DNA from: an uncultured Deferribacteres bacterium
Lineage (GTDB): Bacteria; Zhuqueibacterota; Zhuqueibacteria; Zhuqueibacterales; Geothermadaptataceae
Reading direction: 5' to 3'
Assembly (NCBI GenBank): GCA_964014485.1
Contig: CAXHAT010000233.1
Location: 1 to 10,975, forward strand
DNA length: 10,975 nucleotides
The notes under the pieces are model-generated. The model made no database searches and had not been told where the DNA came from. It saw only the letters and a list, made by a program, of their open reading frames with translations. Each line of letters begins with the position of its first letter. Position 1 is the first letter of the stretch. The position numbers and the translations under genes are program-made. Shown one piece after another: positions 8,176 through 10,975 of the stretch.

Positions 8176-8329
8176 AACGCAGAGACGCAAAGGTCAGAGA
8201 GCTTCGCAGAGTTTTTTAGCACAAATGCTTGAAAGTATATTTATAAATTTTCGTCGTTGCGAACTGCCCAAAATGAACTCACAATTCAATTTTTTCTGCG
8301 CCTCTCAGCGTCCTTTGCGTCTCTGCGTT
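8176..8329. repeat. Long-arm inverted repeat (REPIN/MITE-like)
   Basis: AACGCAGAGACGCAAAGG (8176-8193) is the exact reverse complement of CCTTTGCGTCTCTGCGTT (8312-8329). The arms extend imperfectly inward (GAGAG..CGCAGA to 8210; TCTGCG..CTCTC from 8295) around an AT-rich core of about 84 nt. Confidence 0.85.
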
Positions 8330-8411
8330 TTGAAAAGTCTTGCCAAAAATTGGCAGAAAATGACTTTACAGATACTAAAGAAGAAATTCAGGGGCAAGAC
8401 GTGCTGCGATT

Positions 8412-9071
8412 CTATGAGCAGCCGCAGACGACGCCCTTGGCTTTTTCAAAAGCTTCCCGTCCTTCTTTCGCGCTAAAAAACGCAATTCCCAGCGCACCTA
8501 ACGAATCAACGCCGCCAAAGCCTGTCAACATATATCCCAGGCTCGCGGCAAGGAGCACAACGGACAAATATAAACACGCTTTTGTACAATTGGCGTCAGC
8601 GATAATCGCTTGAGAGTTGAGCGCGCGTCCGGCTCGGAGCTTAAAATGAATGAGCACGCCCATTGTGAGAATTGAAATGAGCGAAATGATAACGCCGCCA
8701 AGCGTTGTCTCGGGTTTGTGGCCGCTAAAGATTTGAACTGCCGCTGTCAGAACCAGCGATGCAGTCAGGATGTAGAACGCTGTTCCTGTAATTCTCAACG
8801 CAGTGCGTTCGAATTGGTCGAAGTGATCATCGGCGGAGCGCCTGATGCGGAGGATCATGTGTAAAATTCCCGCGCCTGAAATCACCTCGACAAAAGAATC
8901 GAGGCCGAAGCCGAACAAGCTGATTGTTTCGTCAGAGACGCCCCAATAGACCGAGACCAGGCCTTCCACGATATTGTAGAAAATCGTAATTACGGCAAGC
9001 CACAAGGCCAAGGTGAAGGCTTTCTCTGAGCTTGCAGGCAGAGGCTGTGCAATCGTTTCGGAACCCGTCAT
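8412..9071 (-). CDS. Short CDF-like cation transporter (membrane domain only), 219 aa
   Basis: About six hydrophobic helices with YNIVEG, FGLDSFVEVISG, ERTALR, LNSQAIIADA and DSLGALGIA..EGREA motifs. ATG 9071 has a GGAG RBS upstream, which the track misread as a GTG start at 9086. Confidence 0.82.
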   Translation of the reverse strand: MTGSETIAQPLPASSEKAFTLALWLAVITIFYNIVEGLVSVYWGVSDETISLFGFGLDSFVEVISGAGILHMILRIRRSADDHFDQFERTALRITGTAFYILTASLVLTAAVQIFSGHKPETTLGGVIISLISILTMGVLIHFKLRAGRALNSQAIIADANCTKACLYLSVVLLAASLGYMLTGFGGVDSLGALGIAFFSAKEGREAFEKAKGVVCGCS

Positions 9072-9100
9072 AAAAAAAATCTCCACAATATTTGATAAGC

Positions 9101-9371
9101 AACCGTCCGGCTTTTAAAGCGCCGAACGGTTTTTACCGAAAATGAACAACGGAGTCAGACGCTTCAGCGTTTGATTTGAGAATCGGCGTTGCAACGCGGC
9201 GATGATGATGAATCGTCGCACTCCGAAAAACGTTACCCGGAAGCTGAATTGCCGCAAACATAATACTTTCAAAGCGACACTCAACTTGTCGTAGGGGTTC
9301 AAAATCTTGAACCCACATACGTCATGCCTGTCATTCAAAGCCTATGTTTTGGGACAGCCGCACTCCGAAAA
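9101..9371. repeat. Cluster of REP-like hairpins in the nitrilase-transporter intergenic region
   Basis: Hairpins at 9101-9131, 9150-9173, 9196-9225, 9274-9292 and 9291-9320; palindrome GCGTTGCAACGC at 9186-9197; 13-bp direct repeat CGCACTCCGAAAA at 9217-9229 and 9359-9371. Confidence 0.7.
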
Positions 9372-9378
9372 GAGCTGC

Positions 9379-10299
9379 TCAGGAGTCATCAAACAAATCG
9401 GGCCGCGCATAGTGACCGGTCACGTCGAAATCGAAGCGCGCTTTTATCAATTGCTGATGATCTATTTCAGCGTACAGGACGCCCTCCTCGCCGTAAAGCG
9501 GCCCCGCTGCGTAATCGCCGAGCGGATCAATGATAGCGCTGCCGCCGCGACAAAACGGTTCGGGCGAATTCGCTAATTCAGGCGTCTTCCGCAGGTCTTG
9601 AGGATAGTCATTCTTGGTGATGAATTGATTGCAAGCCATAACAAAAACGCGCCCTTCGCAGGCGATGTGACGGATTGTCGCTTGCCATGAATCGCGATTG
9701 TCCGCGGTCGGGGCAAGATAAATATCAAGACCCTGACGGTACAACGCCAGACGAGCCTGCGGCATATAATTCTCCCAGCAAACGAGACCGCCGATTTTCC
9801 CCCACGGCGTGTCGTACGTTTTGAGCGTCGAACCGTCGCCTTCTCCCCAAATGATACGCTCCGCCGCCGTTGGCTTGATTTTTCTGTGCTTGCCCAAAAG
9901 CGCGCCGTCCGGCCCGAAGAAAAGCAGCGAACAATAAAGGGTGGATTTTGGAAATGCTGCATCTTTTTCGACCACGCCCATTACCAGAAAAATTCCTGCT
10001 TGCTTTGCGGCTTTGGACAACGCCTCGGTACATTTTCCGGGAACAGCGACGGCGCTTTCGTGGTAGCGTGCGAAAAGTTCGCGCCCCGCGTCGCTCCGGC
10101 TGCCGACAACTGTTCCAAATCCTAGTCCGCGAGGATAGCCGGACAAAAAGGCTTCGGGAAATACGACAATTTTTGCGCCGTTTCGGGCCGCTTCAGCGAT
10201 CAAATCAAGCGCTTTCTCGAGCGTACTCGATTTGTCCATGAAAACTGAGCCTGCCTGGACGACCGCCGCCATTCCTTTCCCAGAGTTTGGGGCAATCAT
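9379..10299 (-). CDS. Nitrilase (carbon-nitrogen hydrolase, nitrilase/cyanide hydratase branch), 306 aa
   Basis: Glu-Lys-Cys triad in VFPEAF, KHRKIKPTAAER and LVCWENYMP, plus the C-terminal FDVTGHYARPDLF characteristic of true nitrilases. Confidence 0.93.
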   Translation of the reverse strand: MIAPNSGKGMAAVVQAGSVFMDKSSTLEKALDLIAEAARNGAKIVVFPEAFLSGYPRGLGFGTVVGSRSDAGRELFARYHESAVAVPGKCTEALSKAAKQAGIFLVMGVVEKDAAFPKSTLYCSLLFFGPDGALLGKHRKIKPTAAERIIWGEGDGSTLKTYDTPWGKIGGLVCWENYMPQARLALYRQGLDIYLAPTADNRDSWQATIRHIACEGRVFVMACNQFITKNDYPQDLRKTPELANSPEPFCRGGSAIIDPLGDYAAGPLYGEEGVLYAEIDHQQLIKARFDFDVTGHYARPDLFDDS

Positions 10300-10859
10300 G
10301 CGAGAGCGCTTTCCGATAGCCTTACCTCGCCTGCCCCGGCCATTTGCATCAGTTTTCTGATTTTGGGATCAATGACGGCGCGGCAGTAGGGTTGGCTGGA
10401 ATTCAAATTGTAATAATCTTGGTGGTAATTCTCCGCCGGATAGAATTTGGCGACCGGCGAGATTTCGGTTACAATTGGCTTTGGCCACAAATTTAGAGCG
10501 TCAGTCTCTTGTTTTGATTGCTCGGCGGCGATTTTCTGTTCGTCATCATGATAGAAAATAGCGGAGCGATATTGCGTACCGAAATCGTTGCCCTGGCGGT
10601 TAAGCGTTGTCGGATCGTGCGTGCGCCAGAAAACATGAAGCAAATCTTCAAACGAAATTTCTTCCGGATTGTAAGTGACCTCAATCACTTCAGCGTGTCC
10701 CGTCGTTCCGTCGCAGACTTGCCGGTAGGAAGGATTTGCGACTTCGCCGCCGGAGTAGCCGGAAACGACGCGCCTAACGCCATGGAGTTTTTGAAAAACG
10801 GCTTCAACACACCAGAAGCATCCCGCCCCAAAAGTTGCAGTTTTCAGATTTTCAGTCAT
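10296..10859 (-). CDS. msrA: Peptide methionine sulfoxide reductase A, 187 aa
   Basis: Motifs ATFGAGCFWCVE, SGYSGG, TTGHAE, HDPTTLNRQGND.GTQYRS and AENYHQDYY...QPYC. GGGAGAG RBS before ATG 10859. Confidence 0.97.
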   Translation of the reverse strand: MTENLKTATFGAGCFWCVEAVFQKLHGVRRVVSGYSGGEVANPSYRQVCDGTTGHAEVIEVTYNPEEISFEDLLHVFWRTHDPTTLNRQGNDFGTQYRSAIFYHDDEQKIAAEQSKQETDALNLWPKPIVTEISPVAKFYPAENYHQDYYNLNSSQPYCRAVIDPKIRKLMQMAGAGEVRLSESALA

Positions 10860-10894
10860 GACTCTCCCAAAATACTTAGCCTGAATAATTCATG

Positions 10895-10934
10895 AAAAAC
10901 AAAAAAAGTCCGAGGAATTCAGGTTCATCCGACT
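10895..10934 (-). terminator. Possible intrinsic terminator upstream of msrA
   Basis: The minus strand reads AGTCGGATGAA-CCTGAA-TTCCTCGGACT (11-bp stem, 2 mismatches) followed by TTTTTTGTTTTT. Confidence 0.4.
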
Positions 10935-10975
10935 AACGCGTACTTTTCTATGAAATGCTGCTTTGACTGCAATTC

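Noticed and set aside
8225..8613. ORFs 8225-8476 and 8257-8613
   Set aside because: They translate the inverted-repeat arm (CASQRPLRLCVL) and run antisense into the transporter.
9114..9338. Small ORFs 9114-9338 and 9133-9318
   Set aside because: They run through a stack of palindromes, with no convincing RBS or recognisable domain.
9217..9371. Mini CRISPR array from the 13-bp direct repeat
   Set aside because: The repeat is too short, there are only two copies 142 bp apart, and no cas genes are present.
9087..9382. NiCo (czcD) or yybP-ykoY metal riboswitch ahead of the cation transporter
   Set aside because: CTGAGCAG (minus strand, overlapping the nitrilase stop) and GGGACAG (plus strand) lie on opposite strands, so the NiCo fold cannot form, and no yybP core is seen. 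An Infernal/Rfam scan would settle it.

Overview
Bacterial DNA of roughly 50% GC, almost certainly a metagenomic contig end, because bases 1-30 are an untrimmed Nextera/Tn5 adapter. The gene content is mostly ordinary. In order: a left-pointing three-gene run (geranylgeranyl-reductase-family flavoprotein, BatA-type N-terminal double-TM membrane protein, and a DUF4175-like membrane protein that is cut by the contig end and missing from the ORF track); a divergent DUF433/PIN (DUF5615-like) type II toxin-antitoxin pair; a secreted M1 zinc aminopeptidase; a class I SAM methyltransferase; thiamine pyrophosphokinase; a short CDF-like cation transporter; a nitrilase; and msrA. The least explained sequence is non-coding: a long inverted repeat plus a nested stem-loop at 8109-8329, and a dense mosaic of REP-like hairpins at 9101-9371. 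I found no CRISPR array, rRNA, tRNA, transposase, integrase or clear new multi-gene system. Family assignments come from motif recognition by eye, not database searches.
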